Assembly (NCBI GenBank): GCA_900770445.1
Contig: CAAGKO010000009.1
Coordinates: forward strand, 5,918-69,917
Direction: 5' to 3'
Origin: an uncultured Oribacterium sp.
Lineage (GTDB): Bacteria > Bacillota > Clostridia > Lachnospirales > Lachnospiraceae
DNA: 64,000 bases
Part shown: in pieces, positions 50,532 through 60,263 of the stretch
Layout of the letters: each line of letters starts with the position of its first letter
How positions within the stretch are numbered: position 1 is the stretch's first letter
Notes under the pieces: model-generated
What the model saw: only the letters and a program-made list of their open reading frames with translations
Told to the model about the DNA's origin: nothing
Databases searched by the model: none
Made by a program: the position numbers and the translations under genes

Positions 50532-50677
50532 TTCTCGAGAGACAGGCCTGAAAAAGTGACGGCCGTAGTGGATGCTGCCTGGGCTATAAAGTCCGTGGAT
50601 TTTCGTATGTTATCTGAGTGCCGGATACAGGCACATATATATAGGATCCGCGCGTTTGCGCGGAGTGAGGTACAGAT

Positions 50678-51688
50678 TTGGAACGTAGAGTAATCAATAC
50701 AGATGAGACGGTAGAGGATCGGCAGCTGGAGCCGAAGATTCGTCCGCAGACGCTCGATGACTACATCGGCCAGAGTAAGCTGAAGGAGATGCTGAAGATC
50801 TATATTCAGGCGGCGAAGAACCGCGGAGAGTCGCTGGATCACTGCCTGTTTTACGGCCCGCCGGGACTCGGTAAGACGACCATCAGTAACATCATCGCGA
50901 ACGAGCTCGGTGTGAATATCAAGGTGACCTCGGGGCCGGCGATCGAGAAGCCGGGCGAGATCGCCGCGATTCTGAACGGACTTTCCGAGGGCGATGTGCT
51001 TTTCGTCGACGAGATCCACCGCCTGAACCGCCAGGTCGAGGAGGTGCTGTATCCGGCGATGGAGGATTTCGCCATCGACATCATGCTCGGAAAGGACTCC
51101 ACCGCGCGCTCGATCCGCCTGGATCTACCGCACTTCACGCTGATCGGTGCGACGACCCGTGCGGGACTGCTGTCCGCACCGCTCCGTGACCGTTTCGGCA
51201 TCATCACGAAGCTCGAGTTCTACACCACTGAAGAGCTGATGCAGATCGTACGACGTTCCGCGAAGGTGCTGAATGTAGACATTGACGACGCCGGTGCTGA
51301 ACGTATCGCACTGCGCTCCCGCGGTACACCGAGACTCGCGAACCGCCTGCTGAAGCGCGTGCGTGACTTCGCGGATGTCCGCTTCGACGGACGCATCACC
51401 CAGGAGGTCGCCGATATGGCGCTCGACATCCTCGATGTCGATAAGCTCGGCCTCGACCAGAACGACCGGAACTACCTCATGACCATCATCGATAAGTTCT
51501 CCGGCGGACCGGTCGGCGTCGAAACTCTGGCCGCCGCTCTCGGCGAGGACAGCGGCACCATCGAGGACGTCTACGAGCCGTACCTCCTCATGAACGGACT
51601 CATCAACCGCACCCCGCGTGGCCGCGTCGCCACCGCAAACGCCTACCGGCACTTCGGACTCCCGTACCAGGCGACGATGGAGCTGTGA
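50678..51688 (+). CDS. ruvB: Holliday junction DNA helicase RuvB
   Basis: Walker [10 protein letters not shown] and a RuvB-specific N-terminus ([11 protein letters not shown]). TTG start with a GGAGTGAGG RBS. Confidence 0.9.
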   Translation: MERRVINTDETVEDRQLEPKIRPQTLDDYIGQSKLKEMLKIYIQAAKNRGESLDHCLFYGPPGLGKTTISNIIANELGVNIKVTSGPAIEKPGEIAAILNGLSEGDVLFVDEIHRLNRQVEEVLYPAMEDFAIDIMLGKDSTARSIRLDLPHFTLIGATTRAGLLSAPLRDRFGIITKLEFYTTEELMQIVRRSAKVLNVDIDDAGAERIALRSRGTPRLANRLLKRVRDFADVRFDGRITQEVADMALDILDVDKLGLDQNDRNYLMTIIDKFSGGPVGVETLAAALGEDSGTIEDVYEPYLLMNGLINRTPRGRVATANAYRHFGLPYQATMEL

Positions 51689-51709
51689 GAGAAATGAAAG
51701 GAGGACGGC

Positions 51710-52639
51710 ATGAATTTAAAGGAACAGCAGTATGTGTGCACGCTGGCGCGGTGTCGGAGCCTTTCCAGGGCGGCGGAGGCGCTGTTTATCTCGCCATCGG
51801 CGCTGAGTGTGTATATCAGTAATCTCGAAAAGAACCTCGGGGTACCGCTGTTTGAGCGTGTGGGAAAGGAAAAATCCTTCGTTCTGACGCCGATCGGAGA
51901 GGAGTATGTGCAGCGGGCGGAGAAGATGCTGGAGCTGAAGGCGGAGTTCGACGATCTTCTGAAGCGGGAGCAGAAGAAGGAGCAGTCGGCGATTCGCGTC
52001 GGCATCCAGCAGCGAAGAGCGATTTCGATGGTGCCGGAAGTACTGGCGCGTTTTAAAGAGCGTTTCCCGGATGTGGAGTTGGTTTTCCGCGATGCCGTCG
52101 TCGCAGATCTGAATCAGATGTTTAAGGAGAATGCGGTCGATTTCATGGTTTCAAACTTCCTGGAGGAGCTTCCGGATACGGTGTATCAGGAAATCGTGAA
52201 GGAACCAGTGCTGCTGGTGCTTCCGGAGACGCATCCGGCGATTCAGTATGCTTATTCTGTCGAGGGCGATGTTTTCCAGCATCTCGATCTTTCCTATCTT
52301 GACTGGGAGACGTTTATCGTGCCACTGCCGGATCAGAGTATGCGCAGAACGGCAGACCGCATCTTCCGGGAGAATCATATCCATCCGAAGCGTCTGATCG
52401 AGATCGGTCATTTCGAGATCATCATGTCGATGGTGAATCAGGGGATGGGTGTCGGTTTTAACCGTCTCGGGTATCTGTCGGATATGCAGAGATACGAGCA
52501 TGTGCGCTATTTTCTGATCAATCGGGACGCGGAGACCTCCAGCTTCAGGTTCGCTTATCGAAAAGGGCATGTGCTGAGCAACTGCGAGCGTGCGCTGATC
52601 GAGATCGTCGAGCAAACAGTGCGAGAGAAGATGCATTGA
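51710..52639 (+). CDS. LysR-family transcriptional regulator
   Basis: N-terminal wHTH (LSRAAEALFISPSALSVYISNLEKNLG) and a C-terminal substrate-binding domain. Confidence 0.8.
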   Translation: MNLKEQQYVCTLARCRSLSRAAEALFISPSALSVYISNLEKNLGVPLFERVGKEKSFVLTPIGEEYVQRAEKMLELKAEFDDLLKREQKKEQSAIRVGIQQRRAISMVPEVLARFKERFPDVELVFRDAVVADLNQMFKENAVDFMVSNFLEELPDTVYQEIVKEPVLLVLPETHPAIQYAYSVEGDVFQHLDLSYLDWETFIVPLPDQSMRRTADRIFRENHIHPKRLIEIGHFEIIMSMVNQGMGVGFNRLGYLSDMQRYEHVRYFLINRDAETSSFRFAYRKGHVLSNCERALIEIVEQTVREKMH

Positions 52640-52743
52640 ATTTTCTTTAATAGAGCGTTTGAAAAAATCAAATGGCACGTGATTTCCGCTACTGCTATAA
52701 TGTTATACAAAGAAACAACATTATAAAGAAGGGGAATGTAATT

Positions 52744-54141
52744 ATGGCAAGCAAGAAAAAATTTCATGTGCCTCACAGCTTCATGATCGTGTTTTCGATC
52801 ATCGTGTGTGCTGTGCTTCTGACCTGGATCATCCCGGCGGGTGAGTATGTACGTGTGGAGAATGCAGACGGCATCAAGGTCATCGATCCGACGCAGTTCA
52901 GCTATGTCGATCGTACACCGGTGAATCCGTTCCTGATCCCGATGTATATCGTAAATGCGTTTGTAAAGCGTGTCGATATCATGCTGGTTATCCTGTTTTC
53001 GGGTGCGGCTTTCCACATGCTGACGCAGTCTGGTTCACTGCAGGCGGTGATCGCGAAGCTCGCGAAAAAGTTTTCCAACAACCTGTATGTATTTATCCCG
53101 ATTCTGACGCTGATGTTCGGCCTTATCTGCACGACACAGGCTGTCAACATGTTCATCGCGTTCGCACCGGTGATGGTTATGCTTGCACTGGCGATCGGGC
53201 TCGACTCGATCACAGGTGCAGCCATCATCCTGCTCGGTGGAGCCATCGGATTTTCGACGGGAACATTGAACCCGAATACGACGGTTGTCGCACAGAAGAT
53301 CGCGGAGCTGCCGCTGTACTCCGGCATCGGCTACCGCTGGGTATGCTTCGCTGTGTACTATGTGATCACGAACATCTTTCTCGTGCGCTATGCACTGAAG
53401 ATTCAGAAGGACCCGACGAAGAGCCCGATGTATGAGCTCGACCAGAAGAGCGAGTTCCGTACAGCCGGCGGTCTGGATGATTTCGGAACCATCGATCTTC
53501 GGAAGATATTAAATATCGTCGCACTCGTGGTTTCGCTTGCAGTCGTGATCTATGGCAGCATCAAGCTGGATTGGGATATGCCGGAGATGGCGGCGATGTT
53601 CATCTGGCTCGCGATCGTGGTCGGCATCATTTCCGGCTTCGATACGGATACGATCTGTAAGAACTTCCTCGAGGGCTGCAGGAAGATGATGTCCGCGATG
53701 ATCATCATCGGCCTCGCACAGTCCATCAGTGCCATCATGAAGGATGGTAAGATCATCGATACCGTCGTACATGCGCTGGCCGGCGGACTCGGCAGTGTGC
53801 CGACACTTCTGCAGGCACCGGCGATGCTGATTGCGAACACCATCATCAACGTGTTCCTGACCTCCGGCTCCGGACAGGCCGCAGCGGTGATGCCGATCAT
53901 GGTGCCGCTTTCCGACCTCATCGGTGTGACGAGACAGACTGCGGTGCTTGCCTTTAACTTCGGTGACGGCTTCTGTAACTACATCCTGCCGACCTCGACC
54001 GCACTCATGGGCATCATCAGTGCCTGCAACATCCCGTATGATCGCTGGATGCGCTTCATGTGGAAGATGTTTGCGATCTGGCTGGTGGTCGGTACGGTGC
54101 TGCTGGTGATCGCGCAGATCATCCACTTCGGACCGATGTAA
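52744..54141 (+). CDS. YfcC-family (DUF1063, C4-dicarboxylate anaerobic carrier-like) membrane transporter
   Basis: ~465-aa polytopic membrane protein. AAGGGGAA RBS before the ATG at 52744. Paired with the downstream M20 amidohydrolase, as is common for YfcC genes. Confidence 0.65.
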   Translation: MASKKKFHVPHSFMIVFSIIVCAVLLTWIIPAGEYVRVENADGIKVIDPTQFSYVDRTPVNPFLIPMYIVNAFVKRVDIMLVILFSGAAFHMLTQSGSLQAVIAKLAKKFSNNLYVFIPILTLMFGLICTTQAVNMFIAFAPVMVMLALAIGLDSITGAAIILLGGAIGFSTGTLNPNTTVVAQKIAELPLYSGIGYRWVCFAVYYVITNIFLVRYALKIQKDPTKSPMYELDQKSEFRTAGGLDDFGTIDLRKILNIVALVVSLAVVIYGSIKLDWDMPEMAAMFIWLAIVVGIISGFDTDTICKNFLEGCRKMMSAMIIIGLAQSISAIMKDGKIIDTVVHALAGGLGSVPTLLQAPAMLIANTIINVFLTSGSGQAAAVMPIMVPLSDLIGVTRQTAVLAFNFGDGFCNYILPTSTALMGIISACNIPYDRWMRFMWKMFAIWLVVGTVLLVIAQIIHFGPM

Positions 54142-54268
54142 TCAGAATATGTAGAAGAGAGGCGCTGCACCGGTTACCGGGAGGCGCCTTCATACATCCG
54201 TTCGAAGGATGGCGTGTTTTAGACATTTGCTTTTATATGATGACATAAATGTCATGGAGGAATGAACT

Positions 54269-55444
54269 ATGAGCGATAAGAAGACTTTATTTGCTGCGAT
54301 CGATGCACAGCGGGATGTGCTCTGCTCGATGGCGGATCAGATTTTCGATCATCCGGAATATGAAGGAGAAGAGGTGTTCGCCAGCGGACTGCTGACCGAT
54401 TATCTTCGTGCACAGGGCTTCGAGGTCGAGATGGGCGTCGGCGGATTCAAGACGGCGTTCCGTGCAACGTATAAGCGTGGCGAGGGCGGTCCGAAGCTCG
54501 GCATCCTCTGCGAGTACGATGCGCTTCGGAACCTCGGACATGGCTGCGGCCATCATATGCAGGGACCGGGATGTCTCGGTGCTGCAGTGGCACTGAAGAA
54601 CATGGACGGTGCGGAGCCGTTTGAGCTCATCATCTATGGTACACCGGCCGAGGAGAGCTTCGGCAGCAAGGTACAGATGCTGGAGCGTGGCTGCTTCCGT
54701 GAACTGGATGTCGCCTTCATGATGCATGGCGGTCCGAATACCTGCACGGATGTGAAGTGCCTCGCGCAGAAGAGCTTTAACGTGACCTTCCACGGAAAGC
54801 GCGCGCATGCCGCACTGGCACCGGAGAAGGGCAGAAGTGCCTTCGATGCTATGCTGGTTGCATTCCAGGGCGTTGAGTTCCTGCGGGAGCATGTGCCGGA
54901 TGATGTGCGCATGCACTACTGTATGACCGAGCTTCCAGGCCCGTCCAATGTCGTGCCGGCGACGGCGAAGGGTGAGTTTTCACTGCGTTCCTTCTCAAAG
55001 AAGGAGCTCGAGGACATCAGTGTCCGCTTCCAGGACATCATCAAGGGCGCCGCGCTGATCGCCGGTGTCGACTATGAGATCCAGGACGGCACCTTCTTCT
55101 TCAACAAGATTCCGGTGCTTCGTCTGAATCAGCTTCTGATGGACAATGCTGAGCTCGCGGGTGCTCCGCAGCTCGCGCCGCCACGTGAGAAGACCGGTTC
55201 GACCGATTTCGGCAATGTCATGTACGAGATTCCGGGCTCCTGCATTCGTGTCGCGTTCGTACCGGAGGGGACCGCTTCCCACTCCCAGGAGTTCGTGGAT
55301 GCCGGAAAGAGCGACGCAGCGCATAACTGTGTGATCTACGGTGCGAAGAGCATTGCCGGTGCATGCTATGACCTGCTGCATACCGAGGGTCTCCTCGATG
55401 CGGTCAAGGCAGAATACGCCGAGAATAAAAAGAAATATCAGTGA
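54269..55444 (+). CDS. M20-family amidohydrolase (AbgB/aminoacylase-like)
   Basis: Metal-binding CGHHMQGPG and YGTPAEE motifs. GGAGG RBS. Confidence 0.75.
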   Translation: MSDKKTLFAAIDAQRDVLCSMADQIFDHPEYEGEEVFASGLLTDYLRAQGFEVEMGVGGFKTAFRATYKRGEGGPKLGILCEYDALRNLGHGCGHHMQGPGCLGAAVALKNMDGAEPFELIIYGTPAEESFGSKVQMLERGCFRELDVAFMMHGGPNTCTDVKCLAQKSFNVTFHGKRAHAALAPEKGRSAFDAMLVAFQGVEFLREHVPDDVRMHYCMTELPGPSNVVPATAKGEFSLRSFSKKELEDISVRFQDIIKGAALIAGVDYEIQDGTFFFNKIPVLRLNQLLMDNAELAGAPQLAPPREKTGSTDFGNVMYEIPGSCIRVAFVPEGTASHSQEFVDAGKSDAAHNCVIYGAKSIAGACYDLLHTEGLLDAVKAEYAENKKKYQ

Positions 55445-55700
55445 TTTTCGAGCGAAAATCGTGTATGATAGAAGCTGTATGAGGCATACAACAGAGTAGT
55501 TTGCGTATACTTCAGACAAAAGATCTCCGCAGGCAGCGATTCGGAAAGTGAATCGTGTGCGGAAATCAGACAATAGAAAAGAAATGCAGCTGCATTGATT
55601 ATAGTTCAGACTATTTTCGTGCAGCCGCATACCGATGAGAGGGCTGACATGAATGTCAGCCCTTTTCATATGCAGAAAAGTGGAAGAGGAGGAAAAACAA

Positions 55701-56588
55701 ATGGAAACGATGGTGATGAAAAATCAGAAGAAGTGGAGAGAAACCGGGCTTGATATCTTGGGAGATTTCGCGGGTGCGCTGCTGCAGGCCGTCGGTGTCT
55801 GGTGCTTCATCGAGCCGAGTCGGATCGCGCCGGGCGGGGTGTCGGGCATCGCACTGATGATCAATCATCTGTTCGGCTTACCGATCGGTGCACTCAGCCT
55901 CGCCATCAACATCCCACTGCTGCTGGCGTCCTGGCTGCTGCTGAATCGCGGGATGACACTGAAGACCATCCGCACGGTCATCTGCATGAGCGTGATCCAG
56001 GACCTCGTGACGGCGCTCTGTCCATGGCAGTACGCAGGAGACCGCCTCGTATCCTGCGCCTTCGGCGGTATCTTCGTGGGCGTCGGCCTGGCACTGATCT
56101 TCATGCGAAACTCGACGAGCGGCGGTGGCGATATCCTCGCGAAGCTCCTTCAGAAGCGTTTCCCCTATATGCAGACCGGCTATGCCATCATGCTGGTGGA
56201 CTTCGTGATCGTCACGGTCTCCGTGCTGGTCTTCGGTGAGATCGAAGCGGCACTGTACGGCATCATCTCCATCGTCTGCACTACCCAGTCGATGGATGCG
56301 CTTCTCTATGGACTGAACCGCGGCAGTCTGATCACGATCCACTCTGTGAAAAATGAAGACATCGCGCATGAAATCATGGAAACCATGGACCGCGGTACCA
56401 CCTTCTATAAAAGCATCGGCGGCTTCAGCGGCAAGGAATGCCTCACCCTCACCTGCGCCGTCGACCGTAAGCAGTTTCCGATCGTGAAGGAAATCATCGA
56501 CCGCCACGACCCGCACGCCTTCGTCATCGTCTCCCCGACGAAGGAAACCTACGGCGAAGGCTTCATCGGCGATCCGCGGAAGCTCTGA
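55701..56588 (+). CDS. YitT-family membrane protein (DUF161 + DUF2179)
   Basis: Hydrophobic N-terminal DUF161 repeats and a C-terminal DUF2179-like soluble domain. GAGGAGG RBS before the ATG at 55701. Confidence 0.65.
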   Translation: METMVMKNQKKWRETGLDILGDFAGALLQAVGVWCFIEPSRIAPGGVSGIALMINHLFGLPIGALSLAINIPLLLASWLLLNRGMTLKTIRTVICMSVIQDLVTALCPWQYAGDRLVSCAFGGIFVGVGLALIFMRNSTSGGGDILAKLLQKRFPYMQTGYAIMLVDFVIVTVSVLVFGEIEAALYGIISIVCTTQSMDALLYGLNRGSLITIHSVKNEDIAHEIMETMDRGTTFYKSIGGFSGKECLTLTCAVDRKQFPIVKEIIDRHDPHAFVIVSPTKETYGEGFIGDPRKL

Positions 56589-56829
56589 ATGGAGTACAGT
56601 GGTTGATATGGATCCGCTGTCGGACATCGCTTGCGGTTGCATCGCGCTTGCGGGCTATGTTATAATAAATGGTCGAAAACATGAAAACACATTCATGTGA
56701 CGTGATGGATGATAGCATGCGGAGAGGACGGTGGCGCATCTGCGTAGTTCGTAATCAAGCATGATTTTGAGACGCGCATCTGCGCGAGCCACGATCGTTC
56801 ATGATTTTTAGATAGAGGAGTACCGGAGA

Positions 56830-57249
56830 ATGGCAGGAAAGAATTCCGTAGAGGTCGTAATCAATGGCAAGATCTACCAGCTGGCGGGTAGTGAGTCCGA
56901 GAGCTATATGCATGAGGTAGCGAGCTACCTGAACCAGAAAATTCTCGATTTTCAGAAGGAGACCATGGGCTACAACAAGCTCGATGACAGCATCAAGGCA
57001 CTTCTCCTCGAGGTGAACATCTGTGATGACCTCTTCAAGGAGCGGAAGAGAAGCCGTGACATCCAGCAGGCGCGGGATGATGCGGAGCGCGAGAGCTATG
57101 CTGCGAAGCATGACCTCGTGAATATGCAGATGAAGCTCGAGACGACCCTTCGCGAGCTCGAGAACACGCAGAAGAAGCTGGCGGAGCTTGAGGCGAAGCA
57201 GGCAGCGCGCGACGCGCGTGATCGTGCGCTCGCATCCACGAAGAAATGA
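56830..57249 (+). CDS. zapA: Cell division protein ZapA
   Basis: VEVVINGKIYQLAGSESESYMHEVASYLNQKI is the ZapA N-terminal domain. Coiled-coil C-terminus. Confidence 0.8.
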   Translation: MAGKNSVEVVINGKIYQLAGSESESYMHEVASYLNQKILDFQKETMGYNKLDDSIKALLLEVNICDDLFKERKRSRDIQQARDDAERESYAAKHDLVNMQMKLETTLRELENTQKKLAELEAKQAARDARDRALASTKK

Positions 57250-57379
57250 TAAACATCAGACCGCATCGAAAGTGAGGCATGCAGACAGCGCTGGGACGCA
57301 TGAAACGTCCTGCGCCGGAAAACCGACTGCGTGTTCATCCGATCCACAGGATGCAGGCGCTGTCCGGCATGAAAAAACT

Positions 57380-58744
57380 ATGAAAATCAAACGAGATAAA
57401 CGTGTAGAGCTGCTGGCCCCGGCCGGTTCGTTCCAGTCTGTGGTCGCGGCGGTCAATGCCGGCGCTGACGCGGTGTATATGGGCGGCCGTCGCTTCGGTG
57501 CGCGCGCCTACGCAGATTCAGCACAGGCCGAGGGGGAAGATATGGTGATGGAGGCGATCCGTTACTGTCATCTCTTCTCGGTAAAACTATATATGACGGT
57601 AAATATACTCTTTAAGGACGACGAACTTAAGGAGCTTTTTTCGTACATAAAACCCTACTACGAGGCGGGCGTCGACGGCCTCATCATGCAGGATCTCGGC
57701 GCCGTACGCGTGATCAGGTCAATGTTTCCGGACCTCGAGGTACATGCCAGCACGCAGCAGACCATCACCAGCGTGGCCGGTGCCCGGATGGCGCAGCGCT
57801 TCGGCATGACCCGGGCGGTCGTGTCCCGTGAACTCAGTCTTCAGGAGATCCGGAAGATCCACGACGAGAGCGGCATGGAGCTCGAGGTCTTCTGCCATGG
57901 CGCGATGTGCTACAGCTACTCCGGTGCCTGCTTCATGTCCTCGCTCCTCGGCGGCCGTTCCGGCAACCGCGGACGCTGCGCCGGCACCTGCCGTCTCTGC
58001 TATGAGACTGCAGGGCAGAAGGGCTACTACCTCAGCATGAAGGACATGCAGACGATCGAGCTGCTGCCGGAGCTGATCGAAGCCGGTGCCTACAGCTTCA
58101 AGATCGAGGGCCGCATGAAGTCCCCGCTGTATACCGCGGGGGTCGTGAGCGTCTATCGAAAGTACCTCGACCTCGCGCTCGACTGCATTGACCGAAAACA
58201 GGGGGCAGCGAAGCACGGCAGTATGTCGGGCTACCGCGTGGCGGAGGAGGACCTCCGGACGCTGCGCGAGATCTTCGACCGCGGCGGCACCAGCAGCTAT
58301 CTGAAGAAGCATAACGGCGCGGACATGATCGCGTTGTCGGAGAAGAAGTTCCGTGCGGTGGACCAGACGGTGACGGACCGCATCCAGGCCGCGTACATCG
58401 ACCGCAACCGGACGATCACGGTGGACGCCGTGATGGACATGACGGTGGGCGCGCCGGCGGTGCTGACCCTCAGCGACGCAGCCGGCCGCATGGTGACCGC
58501 GGTGTCGGAGGACCTCGTGCTCCCAGCCGAGCAGAGGCCAATGCAGGCGACGGAGGTCGAGGCGCGGCTCCGGAAAACCGGTGGCACCGCATTTACTTTA
58601 GGAGACGTACAGGTATCGGTGCATGGCGATGCGTTCTATCCGGTCGGAAGGCTGAATGAGCTTCGCCGGACCGCACTCGCGATGTATGAAGAGGAGATTT
58701 TACGTGGCTCGCAGAGAACATACGCAGCACAATCAGATAGATAA
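57380..58744 (+). CDS. Peptidase U32 family protein (TrhP/YrrO-like) with a C-terminal DUF3656-like barrel
   Basis: U32 core signature E-x-F-x-HGAMCYSYSGACFMSS. Weak RBS. The ORF-track start at 57188 is an upstream extension. Confidence 0.7.
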   Translation: MKIKRDKRVELLAPAGSFQSVVAAVNAGADAVYMGGRRFGARAYADSAQAEGEDMVMEAIRYCHLFSVKLYMTVNILFKDDELKELFSYIKPYYEAGVDGLIMQDLGAVRVIRSMFPDLEVHASTQQTITSVAGARMAQRFGMTRAVVSRELSLQEIRKIHDESGMELEVFCHGAMCYSYSGACFMSSLLGGRSGNRGRCAGTCRLCYETAGQKGYYLSMKDMQTIELLPELIEAGAYSFKIEGRMKSPLYTAGVVSVYRKYLDLALDCIDRKQGAAKHGSMSGYRVAEEDLRTLREIFDRGGTSSYLKKHNGADMIALSEKKFRAVDQTVTDRIQAAYIDRNRTITVDAVMDMTVGAPAVLTLSDAAGRMVTAVSEDLVLPAEQRPMQATEVEARLRKTGGTAFTLGDVQVSVHGDAFYPVGRLNELRRTALAMYEEEILRGSQRTYAAQSDR

Positions 58745-59021
58745 GCGGAAGCACGCTTCGGCGTCCGCAGGTCGAAGAGAAAAGCCGACCGAAACCGGAC
58801 GGAGAAACGACCATGCGAGGACAGAGCGCAGCACAGCTCCGAAGCGCGGCGGCCAGACCACGGAGTGGAAGCGGACGGCGAAAAGTACTTCGAGCGAGGC
58901 GGGGCCGACCTCGGCAGGCCGTGGCCAGCGAGGGGAGAACCCGGCGGCGAAGCGCAGCGGGAACCGCGTTTCCAGCGAGGGCTGTCGCGCAGGCGAGCGG
59001 GCTCAGACGGAGCGCGCGTCG

Positions 59022-60152
59022 ATGGCGTTTACGGCGTCCGGAACCGCGGCGCGCGACTGGGCGCTGCCGGTGGCGGTGTCGGTCGAGACGGAGGCGCAGC
59101 TCGCAGAGGTGCTGAAGCACGACGCGGTCGCGCTCGTGTACCTCGATGAGGCCTGCTTCGCGGACTTCGCCGTGGCGATCCGGCGGGTGCATGCCGCCGG
59201 AAAGCAGGCAGGGCTTCGTCTCCGCCGCATCGAGCGCGACTTTGACGCGAACGGACGAAAGGCGGAAAACAGCGCCGAGCTTCTGAGCGGACTCTGGAAG
59301 GCGGCGTGCGATGCGCAGACGACCGGGGTACCAGAGCGCAGTGCAGAGGAGCACGAGGCGCAGTCGGTGAGCAGCGCCGATCGTGGAAGCGCGGCGGCTG
59401 CAGAAGCAGGATCGCAGATGTCTGCATCCGGAAAACAGCCGCCGAGCTGCCTCCCGGACGTGCTGCTGGTGCGGAACCTCGATGAGGCGATGCTGCTCGA
59501 GGATTTCTTCGGGGCGCATCCGGAGCTTGGGGCGCGCATCCGCCGGAACTTCGACTACACGGTGTACGGCTACAATCAGGAAGCGATCCAGGCGCTGGTG
59601 TCCCTCGGTGCCGACGGACTCACCTATCCGATCGAGCTCACGTACCACGAGTGCCGGAAGCTTCGAGAGAAGCTTCGGAGCAGTGTCCGTGGTGCCGCAG
59701 GCACCCGCGGCACGAACGCGGAGGCAATCGATGGAGTGAGCGCCCCGCTGCCGGCAGCTGCGCGGCCGGGTGCCGGCACAGAGGACGCCGGCAGCGGCCG
59801 CGGCGAACTGCCGTTCGAGCTGATGATCTACGGGCATCTGCCGATGATGGTGAGTGCGAACTGTATACAGCGGACGAGCGCACGTTGTGATCACGGCAAC
59901 CGGATCCTGGAGCTGCGCGACCGCATGGGCAAGGATATGCCGGTGCGCTGCTACTGCACGTACTGCTACAATCAGATCTTCAACGCCGAGCCGCTCGTGC
60001 TCTATGATCTGCCGGATGAGGTGCGCGCGCTGCAGCCGCAGTGCCTGCGCTACGATTTCTCGGTGGAGCCGGCGGCGGTGGTGCGGCAGGTGCTCGAGGG
60101 CGCGGTGCCACGCAGCATGACACGCGGGCATTTCCGCCACGGGATCGAGTGA
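59022..60152 (+). CDS. Second U32-family protein (YrrN/TrhP-like partner)
   Basis: ELMIYGHLPMMVSANCIQRTSARC...CYCTYCYNQIF is a U32-like Cys-rich core. It is separated from the first U32 gene by a 277-bp purine-rich low-complexity spacer. Confidence 0.55.
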   Translation: MAFTASGTAARDWALPVAVSVETEAQLAEVLKHDAVALVYLDEACFADFAVAIRRVHAAGKQAGLRLRRIERDFDANGRKAENSAELLSGLWKAACDAQTTGVPERSAEEHEAQSVSSADRGSAAAAEAGSQMSASGKQPPSCLPDVLLVRNLDEAMLLEDFFGAHPELGARIRRNFDYTVYGYNQEAIQALVSLGADGLTYPIELTYHECRKLREKLRSSVRGAAGTRGTNAEAIDGVSAPLPAAARPGAGTEDAGSGRGELPFELMIYGHLPMMVSANCIQRTSARCDHGNRILELRDRMGKDMPVRCYCTYCYNQIFNAEPLVLYDLPDEVRALQPQCLRYDFSVEPAAVVRQVLEGAVPRSMTRGHFRHGIE

Positions 60153-60263
60153 AGCAGCCACGGCCCTGGAACGTTCGTTTCGAAGCGGCCGGGTATGGAC
60201 ACGGCGGTTGCCTGCATTGGCACAGGCCAGGGTATATGTTGATGGATGCGTAGAGGATACATC

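Noticed and set aside
58813-59149. ORFs 58813-59115 and 58865-59149 in the U32 spacer
   Set aside because: They are Arg/Gly-rich translations of purine-rich low-complexity DNA. They have no start context, and they overlap each other in different frames.
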